A stretch of 64,000 nucleotides of DNA from Octopus sinensis (lineage: Eukaryota): the NCBI RefSeq assembly GCF_006345805.1, contig NC_043016.1, forward strand, positions 25,048,001 to 25,112,000, given 5' to 3'. Below, one piece after another: positions 41,951 to 56,970 of this stretch; the first letter of the stretch is position 1, and every line of letters starts with the position of its first letter. The notes beneath the pieces were generated by a model that saw only the letters and a program-made list of their open reading frames with translations, had not been told where the DNA came from and did not search any database. The translations under genes and the position numbers were made by a program.

Positions 41951-42447
41951 TATTTTGTATTTTATGTGTAGATGTATATATATAGATGTACATGTAATAT
42001 GTACACATATATATACACATATATACATGCACTAGCCCTATGACCTAGCAACGACGGGTCATAATGCTAGTATATATATATATATATTAATATTTCGCTT
42101 AGGCATAGTGAGACAACAACTTGGTATAGACCTCAGTATACATATGGTCCAGAACACAATGCTGTATGAGTATAGAGTGGTAATAGAAACAAAGAAATGA
42201 CACAGGGAAAAAAAACTGTTATGTAATGAACATCATTAGCTTACAGTTGTTTCTTCTATAAGATGTTATCCTACTCGTCAGTTAAGAGGTCTACCACATC
42301 CTATAGCAGAAATAGGTGTAAGCTTAAAATTTAATCACATAACATTTGGTCTTTCCAGTGTCATCTCTTTATTTTCTATATCCTATCTATAGATATATAT
42401 ATATATATATTATATATATATATATATTATATAATATATATATATAT

Positions 42448-42483
<36 letters not shown>

Positions 42484-42484
42484 G

Positions 42485-42540
<56 letters not shown>

Positions 42541-42618
42541 CAGATAGATAGATAGATAAATAGATAGACAGACAGACAGATAGATGTATATGTAAGAGAC
42601 CAAAGTGTATATACGCCG

Positions 42619-42654
<36 letters not shown>

Positions 42655-45651
42655 CAAAATGGGACAAGAACTCAAAACATCTGGACAGCTAGGTGATACA
42701 AATGAGGACAACAAAACATCCAGATAGACGATACAAAGAAAACAAGGACGGGTCAATCAGAGTTTTCTTTCCTCAGTCAAGTACCAGATTATGCTCGCAA
42801 TTTCGGTTGATTATTCTTGAGATTACTCCAATCTGGCCAGCCCCAAGGAAAAACTAAGCTAAGAGCATTAGATTCCTTGGAAAAAGGAGACAATGTTACA
42901 CAAATATAAATACAATAAAAAATACAATAAAAATAATAACAGGACATAACACCAGACTTATATGTATGTATGTTGTGAATATACATTGTGTTATTCGTAT
43001 AATTGTGATTGTTTTAGAGTAGATAACACTAATTTTAAGGTTAATAAATGCCCCTTCACCATTCTCTCTCTCTTTCTCTATCTCTCTCCTGTTATATAGT
43101 GAATCGCGGGCCATAAATGCAGAGGACATGTAAAGACTAGAGAGAAATGAAGCTAGCATGCTCCATTGGATGTCCAATGTCAATGTACATGCACAACAGA
43201 GTGATAGTGTATTGAGAGAAAAGTCAGGCATAAGAGGAATTATATGCAATGTGCAAGAGAGAAGACTGTGCTAGTTTGGTCATGTGATACATATGGGTGA
43301 ATACAGTTGCATAAAGAAGTGCTACTAACTTAAAGTGAACGGAACTTATGGAAGAGAGAAACCCAAGAAGACATGGGATCAAGTATTGAGAGCTGATCTC
43401 AAGATGCTGAGCCTTATGGATGAGATGATAAAGGACCAAGACGTCAGGCTTTTTGCTGTGCACAAGAAGACACATCCACAACAGAAATGATATCATAAAA
43501 CTACCTTGGTAAATGCTTGTATGTAATTGGGTTCTGCTCACCACCCCTTTCATTCTTTTTGCTTTGTCAAGCATTTCTCTATCTATGGTGTTATCCTGTT
43601 ATCATAATCACCTGAGAGCAGAATAGGTGCATTACCTCCCTTAACTCTTCCTCTCACCCCAAAACCACTTCCATTTCTCATTATCTTTTTACTGCCCACT
43701 GTTTCCACCACTCACCTCCTTTCTGTGCCTTCAGCTATGCTCTATCTCCCTCTGCTCTACTCCACCCTTAACACTTCCTTTATCTCCTATCACTCCCAAT
43801 GCCTGCACATATCTAACATACCCTCCACACACACACACACACACACGCACACACATACACGCACACACGCACGCACACACACACACACACACACATACAC
43901 ACACACTGAGCCACACCTATATCTCTCACCATCACTTGCTACAGTCACCTCTATCCCAACTCTAACCATCTCTATATTTTTATGAAACTTCTCCCTCTAT
44001 CACTACTCCTCACTCACCCAGTCCAATCTTCTGTATCACTTCACCTATATTCCCCACCCCACTGCACCTTGAGAGTATGTCCACCACCATCTCTCCCCCT
44101 TTCTCCCTCTTCATCTTTCTCTCTAAGTCTCTCTTTCTCTCCTTCCTTTTCCAACTGGGGTATCCCTGTATCTCTTCTTCAGCAAGACACCTACCTCTGT
44201 CCTTCTATTATACTTTTTAGCTTCTCATCAACTAGCACAAAGCCCCTTCAGTCAATACTATTTCCCCTTCCAGTCGAGGAGTCTTTGTCTTGCAAGTTAC
44301 TTGGGACCCTGTTGGTGCTGGTGCCACATAAAAAGTACCCAGTACATTCTGAAAAGTGGTTGGTGTTACAAAGGACATCCATCCATAAACAACATGTCAA
44401 AACAGACAATAGAGCTTGACACAGTCCTATGGCTTACCATCCCTTGTCAAACCATCCAATGTATGTCAGCATGGAAAACAGATGTACATGATGATGATGA
44501 TGATGATTATGATAATGATGATGATGATGATGCATGCAATATCAGATGTTATATAAATCATCAAAAGAACTTCAATGTAGCAAACAAACTACTTCAACAA
44601 AATCCTTTCTATTTTTTAAAACTAGGGTTTACCCATGAAAGGAGCTTTTACATAATAATGTTTAGGGAATGATGGACTGCAACTAAATGAGATTTTCCAT
44701 TTAGTTGGTGAAAGAAAACGAAAACCTAGTGGTAATTGTTTGTGACTGTTTGAGGAAAGGGGGATATAATTTAAAAACTTAAGAATATTGATATATTTCT
44801 GATGAAATCTCTTGAAAGACATTGTCTTTGTTTCAATGAATTTTGAAAATAATAAAGAATACAGTAAAATAACTTTGTCATTATTAAACTGGTGTTTGGA
44901 ACATAAATTAACATGAAATTTTGATGGAAGATTTAAATTCAGATCACTTTCACCCTTTTGTGTCCACACTGCCTTTATTTCAATTAATTTTTAAAATAAT
45001 GAAGAATTTAGTAAAATAACAGTCATAATTTAGTAAGTGTTTGGAACATAAATTTACATGAAATTTTGATAGGTTTTATTTTAGATCACTTTAAAACAGG
45101 AAGACTGTATCATGGAACTCAGTGTGGTCTCTGATTAGTTAGTTGGTACCAAAAGGGTTAAGAGAAAAACTGATCTGTTTTTACTTTCAAGGTGACATTT
45201 ATGATCACATTTTCAGTCTTATTAGACCTCATCAGCAAAGGATATTCAAACTTGAAACTGTTTAATCGGTCAACAAATGATTTTGTAAACAGGAAAAAGA
45301 GAGCCCATTCAATTCTTTAGGTCTTTTCCGCACCAACAAACTCCCTACTTTAAAATAGGGATAACATGAGCCATTGATGAAGTTTCCCTTAAGTAGTCTA
45401 TGTAGAATCTTCCCAACATGATCATGCAGTCCCTATTTTAAAATAATGTATGTTTTTTATAATGTAACAGCCAGATCTCTCTCAACAAATTCCCTACTAT
45501 CTTTAAAATAGGAATCATATGAGTCATTGATGAAGCTTCCCTTAATTTAGTTTTACAGAAGCTTCCCCAAGCAAACCCTATTTTAAAATAGTGCATGTTT
45601 TTCCTAATATCACAGTCACATCCCTTTCAACAAGCTCCATAGTGGCTTTAA

Positions 45652-45866
45652 CCCTTTAGCATTCAGATTTCTTTGTCAAATATATTGCTTATTTATTCAC
45701 ATTATTTTGAACTGATCTTGTATTATTTTGTAGCTTCAAGATTTCAATGGAATATACTTTTTGAATGACATTGTAGGGTAGGGGTGAAAGATTGGATCTG
45801 GTCAGTTTTAACATTAAAAAAAACAGAATATTTAAATCAGATATTGTTGGAGTGAATGTTAAAGGA
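45652..45866. mobile_element. piggyBac-like MITE, family ccctttagcattcag
   Basis: TTAA flanks. A related copy lies at about 9967-10170. Confidence 0.65.
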
Positions 45867-46856
45867 TTAAGATAGGGACCACATGAATCAGTAAGCTGCT
45901 ATGCAGTTATCTGACCAACTCATTATATTTGTCAAATATTCCTCAATAATATCTCTTCTGTCTTTAAAATAAAAATAAAAATAAGTCTGGAAAGAGGTTT
46001 CTGGATGGCTACTTAATCTGCCAAATTTAACAATTAGATCTTGAACACATGTTTAAATCTTAAATTCTTAGGACAGTACTTTTACAATAAAATAAATAAA
46101 TAAATAAAATAATTTAGTCATGAGTAGACATGCCTGTTGGATTCTTTGTGTTGTGAACTACTTTTCTGCAGTGGCATTGTATATGTGACTAAATAATTTA
46201 GTCTGTAGAACTATGTACTGGCACTTACTTTAACGAATGAATGTGCACATACACACTCACACATTTAAATGCTCAATTAATTGTGCACACATACAATGTT
46301 TGATGTTGTTGTTGTTCTTGTTATTGAGTTGATCCGGTGAATGTGAGCAGACTAATGGTAGGTACCTGCCTGCAATTATCAAAGAATCATTTAATCATTT
46401 TCTTGCAACCAAGGCAATATTTTATTCTTCTTGTCGTTCATGTTTTGTTAATAGCATAGGACACAAAACATGCATTTCCTATTTTAAAGACAAGAGTTTG
46501 TTAAAAGATTAGACTATTACTTTGATTGCATTTGGGGGTTCTACCACTGTCTCATATGATCTCTATTTTAAAAATAACTTGGACTCTATAACAAGAGATT
46601 TGGTTTATCACTTCTTAAGCTCTACATCTCTGGCTCATGTAGTCCCTATTTAAAAATGCTAAAGGTTATTATTTCAGTATGTTACATTAAATAAGGTCAA
46701 GTGACAGGGTGGACAACACAAGTTGAAATTACTTTAAATGAGTATCAGCTAAGGAGAAGACAGAGTAGACATAATAAAAAATGGGTAGCTGCTGTAATTG
46801 ACATAGCCAGAGACTGCAACAGATAAATTAACCTTAGACAAATACATCATCATCAC

Positions 46857-46889
<33 letters not shown>

Positions 46890-48085
46890 AACAATCATCA
46901 TCATTATCATCATTTAACATTCATTCTCCATGCTAGCATGGGTTGGACAGTTCAGCAGGAAAAGGCCAACTGGAGAGTCACCCAGATTCCATTTGTCTGT
47001 TTTGAGACAAATAGCTATAAATATAGATGTATCAAATACCATACAATATAAATTATTGGTCTGTTAAAATCATTTTTGCCTCAAGAGGATGTGTAACAAT
47101 TACCAATGGTAGTTGAAACCATGAGAAGGGGAGATCATCTCAACACTCAAGAGTTCTCCAAAACTGATATACTGTTAAGGAAAAGGATGGGCTTACTCTC
47201 TGTATATGAGAGATGAGAGAACAGTCATGAGGGCATGTTTTTGCCTCAATAGTGATCATCAACATGGCAACTGCCTGACCTTACTTTCAGTAACCAAAAG
47301 GACTTAGACTTATACAAAAATGAGTTGAACACATATTTGGCTCAAGTAATATGCATGGCATGTCAACTTTGGAAAATTCTTGATTCTTGAGATTATTCCC
47401 CACCCTCTTCTCAAAGTGGCACTGGCCTTAATTACCATTTGATAATTATGATACATCTCCTAGAAGGAGACATAATTTTAATAAATCAAGAATTTATCTT
47501 GTACGATATTTGATACACTTACATTTGTATATGTTATTCAAATACATGCTACAGGCCATTTTGAGTTATCTCTCTTAGCTCACTTTTGTTTCATTTAATT
47601 CAGATTGGTTATAGGCAGTACAACAGAAATAGTGATTTCTGCCTATACTTCAGTCAAAAATAGAAGAAAGATTATTACTGTTATTATTAGGTGATCAATG
47701 GTGCCAAGACTGGTGAGACTGAATGGATTGACTCTGAGTATGGTTTTCTAATCAGGAGGAAAGAAACTGGAAGAGGGCACTTTCCGATGCCTTTGGGAAG
47801 GTAAAGTAATCCAGGATTTTTGCATTAGGTTTACCCTGGATTTCCTGAAGTGGACTGTCCCACTATTGGACATTCTAATTATTTATTTATTCATTATTTA
47901 TTTATTTAATTTCTGTTACATATCCTTTGTTATATCCCTTAATGTGGTAATATCTCCCTTTGACTGATGTAAACTCCAACTGTTTTTGTCTTCATTTTTG
48001 TTCTTGTATCTTTTGTTTTGTGTACTGTAATTCATCCTTCAATATTGTCATTCATGTCTTGAGCACTTGTGGCCAATAAAAGAAA

Positions 48086-48168
<83 letters not shown>

Positions 48169-48291
48169 TTGAGGCAGTGAACTGGCAGAATTGTTTGCAC
48201 ACTAGGCAAAATGCTTAGTGGCATTTCGTCTGTCTTCACATTCTGAGTTAAAATTCCACTGAGGTCAACTTTGCCTTTCATTCTTTTGGGA

Positions 48292-48780
48292 TGCCGCTGT
48301 AGCGAAAGAGGTGGTATGGTGGACCCGTTTGAAAGGGCTATGGTCAGACACTTTCCTCTTTGACCAAGGCCTCATCAACTTTTTCAAGTTTCACTTGAAA
48401 AGGAAGGTGAGAGTAGAGAGGGAAGTGCTGTCTGATAGCAAGTTTACTGAAAGGTGAGTAAATGTCGCAAGAATGGCCAGTACAAATGGACCAATTCTGA
48501 GGATACACCTGTAGTATAAAAAAGTATTATAAAAGGAGAAAGGGGCTCTCTACCCCGCTTTTGACCAAGCTCCCATGGCTTTTATGGGTTTTACCACGAG
48601 TAACCTTTCGAAGCGCCCCCCTCCATTGGGAATTTCAATTGGTATATTTTCGTTGTTATCTCTAGAATTTTTACACATTTTTTTGCAAACAGACAAAACC
48701 CTTTGTAACTTTCGTCCTGTGTTTTGTCCCTTTACGTTTTAATTAATTTTTGTCAGCCCTTGTGGCCAATAAACGAATAA
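48292..48780 (+). mobile_element. L1/Tx1-like LINE 3' end
   Basis: AVAKEVVWWTRLKG...FFKFHLKRKVRVEREVL...FTER*(W)VNVARM (48296-48514), then a 3'UTR, AATAAA at 48768 and an (ATT)n tail. Confidence 0.6.
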
Positions 48781-48782
48781 TA

Positions 48783-48841
<59 letters not shown>

Positions 48842-48996
48842 GGTGACAAGCTGGCAGAATCTTTAGCACACTGGGCAAAATGCTTTCAATTTCCACCTTT
48901 CAGAATTGATAAAATAAGTACTAGTTGAATACTGAGGTCAATGTAATCAACTACCCCGCCCCCTCTCCCCAAATTTCAGGCATTGTGCTTATAGGA

Positions 48997-49002
48997 GAAA
49001 GG

Positions 49003-49082
<80 letters not shown>

Positions 49083-49090
49083 TATCATTT

Positions 49091-49148
<58 letters not shown>

Positions 49149-49173
49149 TACTATTATTATTATTATTATTATG

Positions 49174-49214
<41 letters not shown>

Positions 49215-49224
49215 CATTATTATT
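48997..49224. repeat. (ATT)n microsatellite
   Basis: Directly visible. Further tracts at 48085-48125, 48780-48840, 49985-50007 and 50914-51022. Confidence 0.95.
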
Positions 49225-49899
49225 CAGTAGTTTTATTTTTATAGTGTGCTTTCACTTCACTACCGAGCGCAGCTCTGTGTGCCTTAGGTATGTGCTGTGA
49301 TTTGTTGTGATGCTCCGATGGTTATTGTATGGAAAGTGTTCTGCGTAGGATGTGTGCAGTGCCTAGTAGTGCAATTTTCTGTATGTTATATGTGTTTGTA
49401 AGTCCTGGTGTTTTTGTTACGTATTTGTCTGAATATTTTTTTATCATGCCTAATGCACCTACTATGATAGGAATTGTTTCTGTTTTTAGATTCCACATTC
49501 TGGTTACCTCTATTTCCAGGTCTTTGTATTTTGAAAGTTTCTCCATTTCTTTTAGAGACACGTTGTCATCTGCCGGTATTGATACATCAATTAGAAAGCA
49601 TTTTTTTCTTCATGATCTCTGACAACTATATCTGGTCTGTTGGCCTTAATTTCTCTATCTGTGTGTATCGGCATATCCCAGAGTATAGTTGCTTTCTCGT
49701 TCTCTGTGACCTTTTCTGGTGTGTGCCTGTACCATCTTTTTTCTGTTGTTATTCCATAATGTTGGCATAGCTTCCAGTGTATGTAGGTTCCAACTCTGTC
49801 GTGTCTGTGAATATATTCCTTCTTAGCCAGGACTAGGCAGCCAGAGATAATATGATTTATTGTTTCTTGTCCATCTCCACACATTCTGCAGTTACTTGT
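49225..49899 (-). mobile_element. R4/Dong-like non-LTR retrotransposon 3' end, copy A (CCHC knuckle plus REL endonuclease)
   Basis: CRMC...HIISGC...RHDRVGTYIHW, ILWD..I.TD..I.ANRPDIVV, KLSKYKDL, IVGALG, ALLGTAHILRR. Confidence 0.9.
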
Positions 49900-50007
49900 T
49901 AACTGCAGAATATGTGGAGAACAATGTGTCCAATTCTTCCAATCATCATCATCATCATCATCATCATCGTTTAACGTCCACAAATATTATTATTATTATT
50001 ATTATTA

Positions 50008-50912
50008 CTTTTTCTTTCTTCTTTCAAATTTGCTTCCATTTCTTGCCGAGTGTCTTCCCGACTCCTAGGGCAAAGAAACTCATAGTATACATTGGTAGGC
50101 CATTAAACCAAACTCAATAGTTCGTTCATTTAAAAAAGATTTTTTTTTTTAAGTTAAATTAAAATACATGAGCAGCAACAGTTCTCACATCGACAATGCT
50201 CTTCTCAATACGTGTGATGTACCAGTTAAGACAACCTTTTGCACTTCTTGCAGGGATGGTAAGCCAGGGTTCATTCTCATATAATTTTCGGTTCCCTTCT
50301 TGATCATTCCTAGTGCTCCTACGATCACTGGTATTGTAACCGCCTTGAGATGCCACATTTTCTCAATTTCAATGAGTAGGTCTTTATATTTTCTGAGCTT
50401 GTCAAACTCTTTCGCTGAGATATTATGATCACAGGGGATGCTCATGTCGATCAATAAGCAAACTTTATTGTTTTGGTCTTTCACAACAATATCTGGTTTA
50501 TTGGCCTTGATGGTTCGGTCTGTATGTACTGGAAAGTCCCACAGAATGGTTACATTTTCTCCTTCAGTTACAGCCTCAGGGTGGTGATTATACCACTTGT
50601 CGGCAGTTTTGATATTGTAATGCCAACTTATTAGCCAGTGTAGATATTGGCCAACTCTGTCATGTCTTAATTTATACTCCACTGGTGCTAAGACTTTACA
50701 TCCAGAGATTAGGTGGTCCACTGTTTCAATCATGTCGTTGCAGAATCAGCATTTTGGGTCTGCTCCATTTTTCATCACATTGGCCTGGTAGTTCCGGGTT
50801 AATAGGCTTTGATCTTGAGCAGCCAGGATGAAACCTTCGCTCTCTGCTTTTAGCCCTGAGCTCCATAGCCACTGATGGGTTTGCTTCTGGTCAACATCAG
50901 CTTGTTTGCTGC
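50008..50912 (-). mobile_element. R4/Dong-like non-LTR retrotransposon 3' end, copy B
   Basis: LAAQDQSLLTRNY, HLISGC, RHDRVG, KPDIVV, KYKDL, IVGALG. The 3'UTR ends in (AAT)n. Confidence 0.9.
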
Positions 50913-50922
50913 GGGTCACATA

Positions 50923-51830
<908 letters not shown>

Positions 51831-52804
51831 GCTTATTACTATTATTTGTGATTGGAAGAATTGGACATATTGTATTGTCCTGTACCATTACCAATTTTTT
51901 TTTTTTAGACCCTTAGTGGTTAATAAAGAAAACATTACTGGTCTTAACTACTCCAGCTTTCCTCAAAACTGTTGACCTTGTGTCCAAATTATCATTATCA
52001 TCATCATCATTATCATTGTCATCATTGGCAGTGACATCAGCAGCAGCGGCAGTGGTGGCAACATCATTGTTGTTGATTACTTTTTAGTCCCTCATGTAGG
52101 CTGTGGCAACATCATTGTTGTTGATTACTTTTTAGTCCCTCATGTAGGCTACATGTTTATCAGACAGCAACAGCCTCATCATGATGACTGGTAACTTTAA
52201 CAGATTTGTTAAATAACATCGTAATGGCTACTCTTACTTACACTGGAAGATATAACCATGATACAAGATATGAAAAGGGATTGGGGCTTCTCTAATGCAA
52301 ATGATCTGACCACTTAGAATAAAACAAACTTCAAAAATGCGGTTAGCTACTTGATCACGAACCAGCCAAATAGACTTCAATGTCATCAGGAAATAGACAG
52401 AGGTCTTATTACAAATGCTAAGTGTTTCCTCTGTGAAGAATGTACCAACATTAGACTAGCAATTATTGACCTCAGGATAAGAGCTAAACACTTAGAGACA
52501 AAAGACAAACTGGAGGAATATGGTATGGAAGCTCTAAGTGCTAATTATGGTAACTCCCAAATACTATGTAACACATATGTTGAGAGAGGGGGAAGAAGAA
52601 AAGCAGAGAGGAGGAGAGTAGGAGGAAGAAGAGGAGGATTCTGATATAAATGTCTGGCTAAGAAGCTCACTTTGCAACCATGAGGTTTCAGTTTCTGTCC
52701 CACTGCATAGCATCTTGGGCAATTATCTCCTCTTATAGCTCAGAATGAATTTGGCAGATGGAAACTGTGTCGAAGCCCAACACATGTATGTAATATATGT
52801 GTGC

Positions 52805-52839
<35 letters not shown>

Positions 52840-53654
52840 TAATATTTAGTAGAAGCAACAGATTGGTGAGAGTTTGTGTTTTGGCACTTATCAAACTAGT
52901 TCTATTAGTTTTTAGTTCTATGTTTCTTGTTTGCATTACCATACCTATATATATATATATATATATATGTATAGACAGACAGACAGATAGATAGATAGAT
53001 GGATATATCTATGTATGTATGTATGTATGTATGGGGCTGTACACATGTGTATGTGTGTTTGTTCTCCCTATCACCACTGCTTGACAACTGGTGTTGCTTT
53101 GTTTATGTTCCTATTACTTAACTGTTCAGCCAAAGAGATGATAGAATAAGTACCATACACACAATAAGTATTTGGATTAATTTGTTCAGGTAAAACCCTG
53201 ACTGAGAAACAGATGAAAAGATAAAACAAGTTGGTTTAAGGTGACAGAGTTTCTAAAAAGGGAAACAACACCTTTACTAATAATTAAGTGATTATACTTG
53301 ATATGTTGAAAAGGAGCAGGCAGAAAAAAATCTATATTGCATACCGATACCAACAATGGGTATGCAAAAAGAGCAGTGGGATACCAGGCAGGCTGACAGA
53401 GAAGACAGTATTTTATTTATAACAGATGCAGAAGAATAATTAGCTGTAAGGTTACATAAGAAATGAATTCTATAAATTGCTTGCTAGAGAAGACTCACCA
53501 GAAGTAGCTATCAGCATCTGTTATATAGGGCAGTGCTAGTCAAAGTGGTGGTCTGCAGACTGGTGCCAGTCTGCAAGCTGTCAGCTGCTGGTACACTACG
53601 AGTTTCTAGAAAAGAAAGAAGCATTATAAAATGCTTATAATATGCTTTACTCTC

Positions 53655-54036
53655 TCTTTTACTCTTTTACTTGTTTCAGTCATTTGACAGCGGCCATGCT
53701 GGAGCACCGCCTTTAGTCGAGCAAATCGACCCCGGGACTTATTCCTTGAAGCCCAGTACTTATTCTTTCGGTCTCTTTTGCCGAACCGCTAAGTTACGGG
53801 GACGTAAACACACCAGCATCGGTTGTCAAGCAATGCTAGGGGGACAAACACAGACACACAAACACACACACACACATATATACGACAGGCTTCTTTCAGT
53901 TTCCGTCTACCAAATCCACTCACAAGGCATTGGTCGGCCCGGGGCTATAGCAGAAGACACTTACCCAAGGTGCCACACAGTGGGACTGAACCCGGAACCA
54001 TGTGGTTGGTTAGCAAGCTACTTACCACACAGCCAC
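53655..54036 (-). mobile_element. tRNA-type SINE, family 1
   Basis: Matches the copy at 23477-23854. Confidence 0.85.
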
Positions 54037-54153
54037 GTAATATTGTATTATTTGTTTACAAAATAAATAAGATTTAAAAAATTGTCGACTTTTATTATAT
54101 TCATTATATATATTGTTTCCGGTATAAATTGATATTACTAAGAAATATTACCA

Positions 54154-54552
54154 AGTGGCTGTGTGATAAGTAGCTTGCTTACGAACCACATCATCCCGGG
54201 TTCATTCCCACTGCATGGCACCTTGGGCAAGTGTCTTCTACTAAAGCCTCGGGCCGACCAAAGTCTTGTGAGTGGATTTGGTAGACAGAAACTGAAAGAA
54301 GCCTGTTGTATATATGTGTATATATATGTGTGTGTATATATGTTTGTGTGTCTGTGTTTGTCCCTGCCAACATCGCTTGACAACCGATGCTGGTGTGTTT
54401 ACGTCCCCAAAACTTAGTGGTTCAGCAAAAGAGACCGATAGAATAAGTACTAGGCTTCCAAAGAATAAGTCCTGGGGTTAATTTGCTCGACTAAATGTGG
54501 TGCTCCAGCATGGCCACAGTCAAATGACTGAAACAAGTAAAAGAGTAAGAGT
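54154..54552 (+). mobile_element. tRNA-type SINE, family 1
   Basis: Matches the copy at 23477-23854. Confidence 0.85.
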
Positions 54553-54975
54553 AAGTCGCTGGCACATTGGAAAAAAAAAAAAACTGCTGGTATGCCACAT
54601 CAGATATTTTGGGAAGCATTGATCTAGAGGTATTCAATGGATGCTATGAAAACACAGTATGCAGAGTAAAGATGATAGTGGAGGAAAAATTTCAGGGAGC
54701 TGTGACTTCTGTAGATGACAAAACAAGGCTATGAAATGAAGAGCAGAATTAATAATGTTTGTTATAAGAGGTGTAATGTTGCATGATTGTGAAGCTTAGC
54801 CAGTGAATGTGGAGAATATGTATTGAAATGAGATGAAAATGTTTCGCTGAATGTTATGTGCTGTTAGTAGCATACACAAAATGAGAAAATTGTATGCGAC
54901 TGTTTGGATGCTGGTGAATTGGCATGGCTGAATGGACATTGAACCTGTTTTGGCAATAGCCTTTTTTGGCACTAG

Positions 54976-55047
<72 letters not shown>

Positions 55048-55050
55048 CAA

Positions 55051-55081
<31 letters not shown>

Positions 55082-56094
55082 CACACATGCATGCGTATAC
55101 ACACGCACCCCCCACACACACATGCAGAAATATACACATCCAGAAAGAGACAGAGAGGTTACAATTTAATAATTGGACATGATTATCAAGCATTTCCCCT
55201 CTCCTTATACACATAAAGAGAAATATGCTCATGTGTATATAGAAATAGAGAGAAATAGAGGGAGGGAAGGAGCAAGAGAAGTACTGAAATGTCTGATGTC
55301 AAATAAGTCATCATCGAATCAACAGTGCCAGATAGGCAGTACAAAAATGACTGCCAAAACAGCTCATACCCTAGTATACATGACCAGTAGAGTGCAAGTG
55401 TTCTAAGAGAAAAACCCAGTATTAAAAGCTTCAGCCATAGGGAGCAGGAGAGAGAACTGTACTAATATAGACATGTCATACATTTGAATGCTGATTGTTA
55501 ATTGAAAAGGTTTCAAACAATGCAAGCTGAATGTGTCTGTTTCTACAAAAAGACCAAAGATGATGTGGGAAGAAGGGATGAAATCTAACAGCAAGATGCT
55601 AAGCATTTCAAAAAAGATGACAAGAAACTGCAATAATTAACGAGAAGTTTCACTAGAGAGAATTCATCTAACCCATGCAAGAACAGAAAAATAGACATAA
55701 CAATGATGCTACTACAATTGCTGCTGCTACTTCTGGTGATGACAATGAGGATAACAATGATGATGATGATGACAATGATGGTTATAAAGATGATTTTTTA
55801 ATTAAGATGTTTGATCAAAAAAGTTAATTTCCAAACTATGTGGTTTGGGGTTCAATCCCACTGTGTGGAACCTTGGGCATTCAAAGGCATAGGCCATTCA
55901 CCAGGCCATTCAAAGCCTTGTTAATGCCTTGTGTGTGTGTGTGTGTGTGTGCGTGTGTGTGCTTGTGCATGTGTGTGCGCACTTATCATCATCACCACCA
56001 CCACCACCACCATCACCATCATCTTTGGTATTTTAAAGCAACCAGAGATGTTTCTGCATTTTTTGTGCTTATAGATATGGTATTAAGATGAACA

Positions 56095-56970
56095 GGACTA
56101 TTGACAGTTAAGTGTATTGGTTATGGACACAGTACAGTGGACTATATCACACTGTGGTACCTACTTATAGACTGGATTGTTGGCAGTTAAGTGAGATTGT
56201 CATAGATACAGTACAGTGAACTATACTTCACTGTGGTACCTACTTACAGCTAGGTAGACTGGACTGTTGACAGTTAAGTGAGTTGGTCATGGACACAATA
56301 TAGTGAACTTTACTACACAATGGTACCTACTTACAGCTAGGTAGACTGGGCTGTTGACAGTTAAGTGTGGTGGTCATGGACAGAGTACAGTGAACTATAC
56401 TTCACTGTGGTACCTACTTACAGCTAGGTAGACTGGACTGTTGACAGTTAAGTGAGTTGGTCATGGACCCAATATAGTGAACTTTACTACACAATGGTAC
56501 CTACTTACAGCTAGGTAGACTGGGCTGTTGACAGTTAAGTGTGGTGGTCATAGACACAATATAGTGAACTATACTTCACTGTAGTACCTACTTACAGCTA
56601 GGTAGACTGGGCTGTTGACAGTTAAGTGAGTTGGTCATGGACACAATATAGTGAACTTTACTACACAATGGTACGTACTTACAGCTAGGTAGACTGGGCT
56701 GTTGACAGTCAAGTGTGTTGGTCATGAACAGAGTACAGTGAACTATACTACACTGTGGTACCTACATACAGCTAGGTAGACTGGACTGCTGACAGTTGAA
56801 TATGTTGGTCATGGACAAAGTATAGTGAACTATACCACACTGTGGTACCTACTTACAACTAGGTACACTGGACTGTTGACAGTCAAGTGTGTTGGTCATG
56901 GACAGAGTACAGTGATCTATACCACACTGTGTGCTTATTTACAACTACATGGTCTATGATGCTGTTGACA
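56095..56970. repeat. Tandem repeat, 87-bp unit, about 10 copies
   Basis: Unit starts at 56175, 56262, 56349, 56436, 56523, 56610, 56697, 56784 and 56871 (period 87). The consensus unit has stop codons in all six frames. Confidence 0.95.

Noticed and set aside
56095-56970. Regular array as a CRISPR array or coding repeat (87 = 29 codons)
   Set aside because: There are no unique spacers, the context is eukaryotic, and the consensus unit has stop codons in all six frames.
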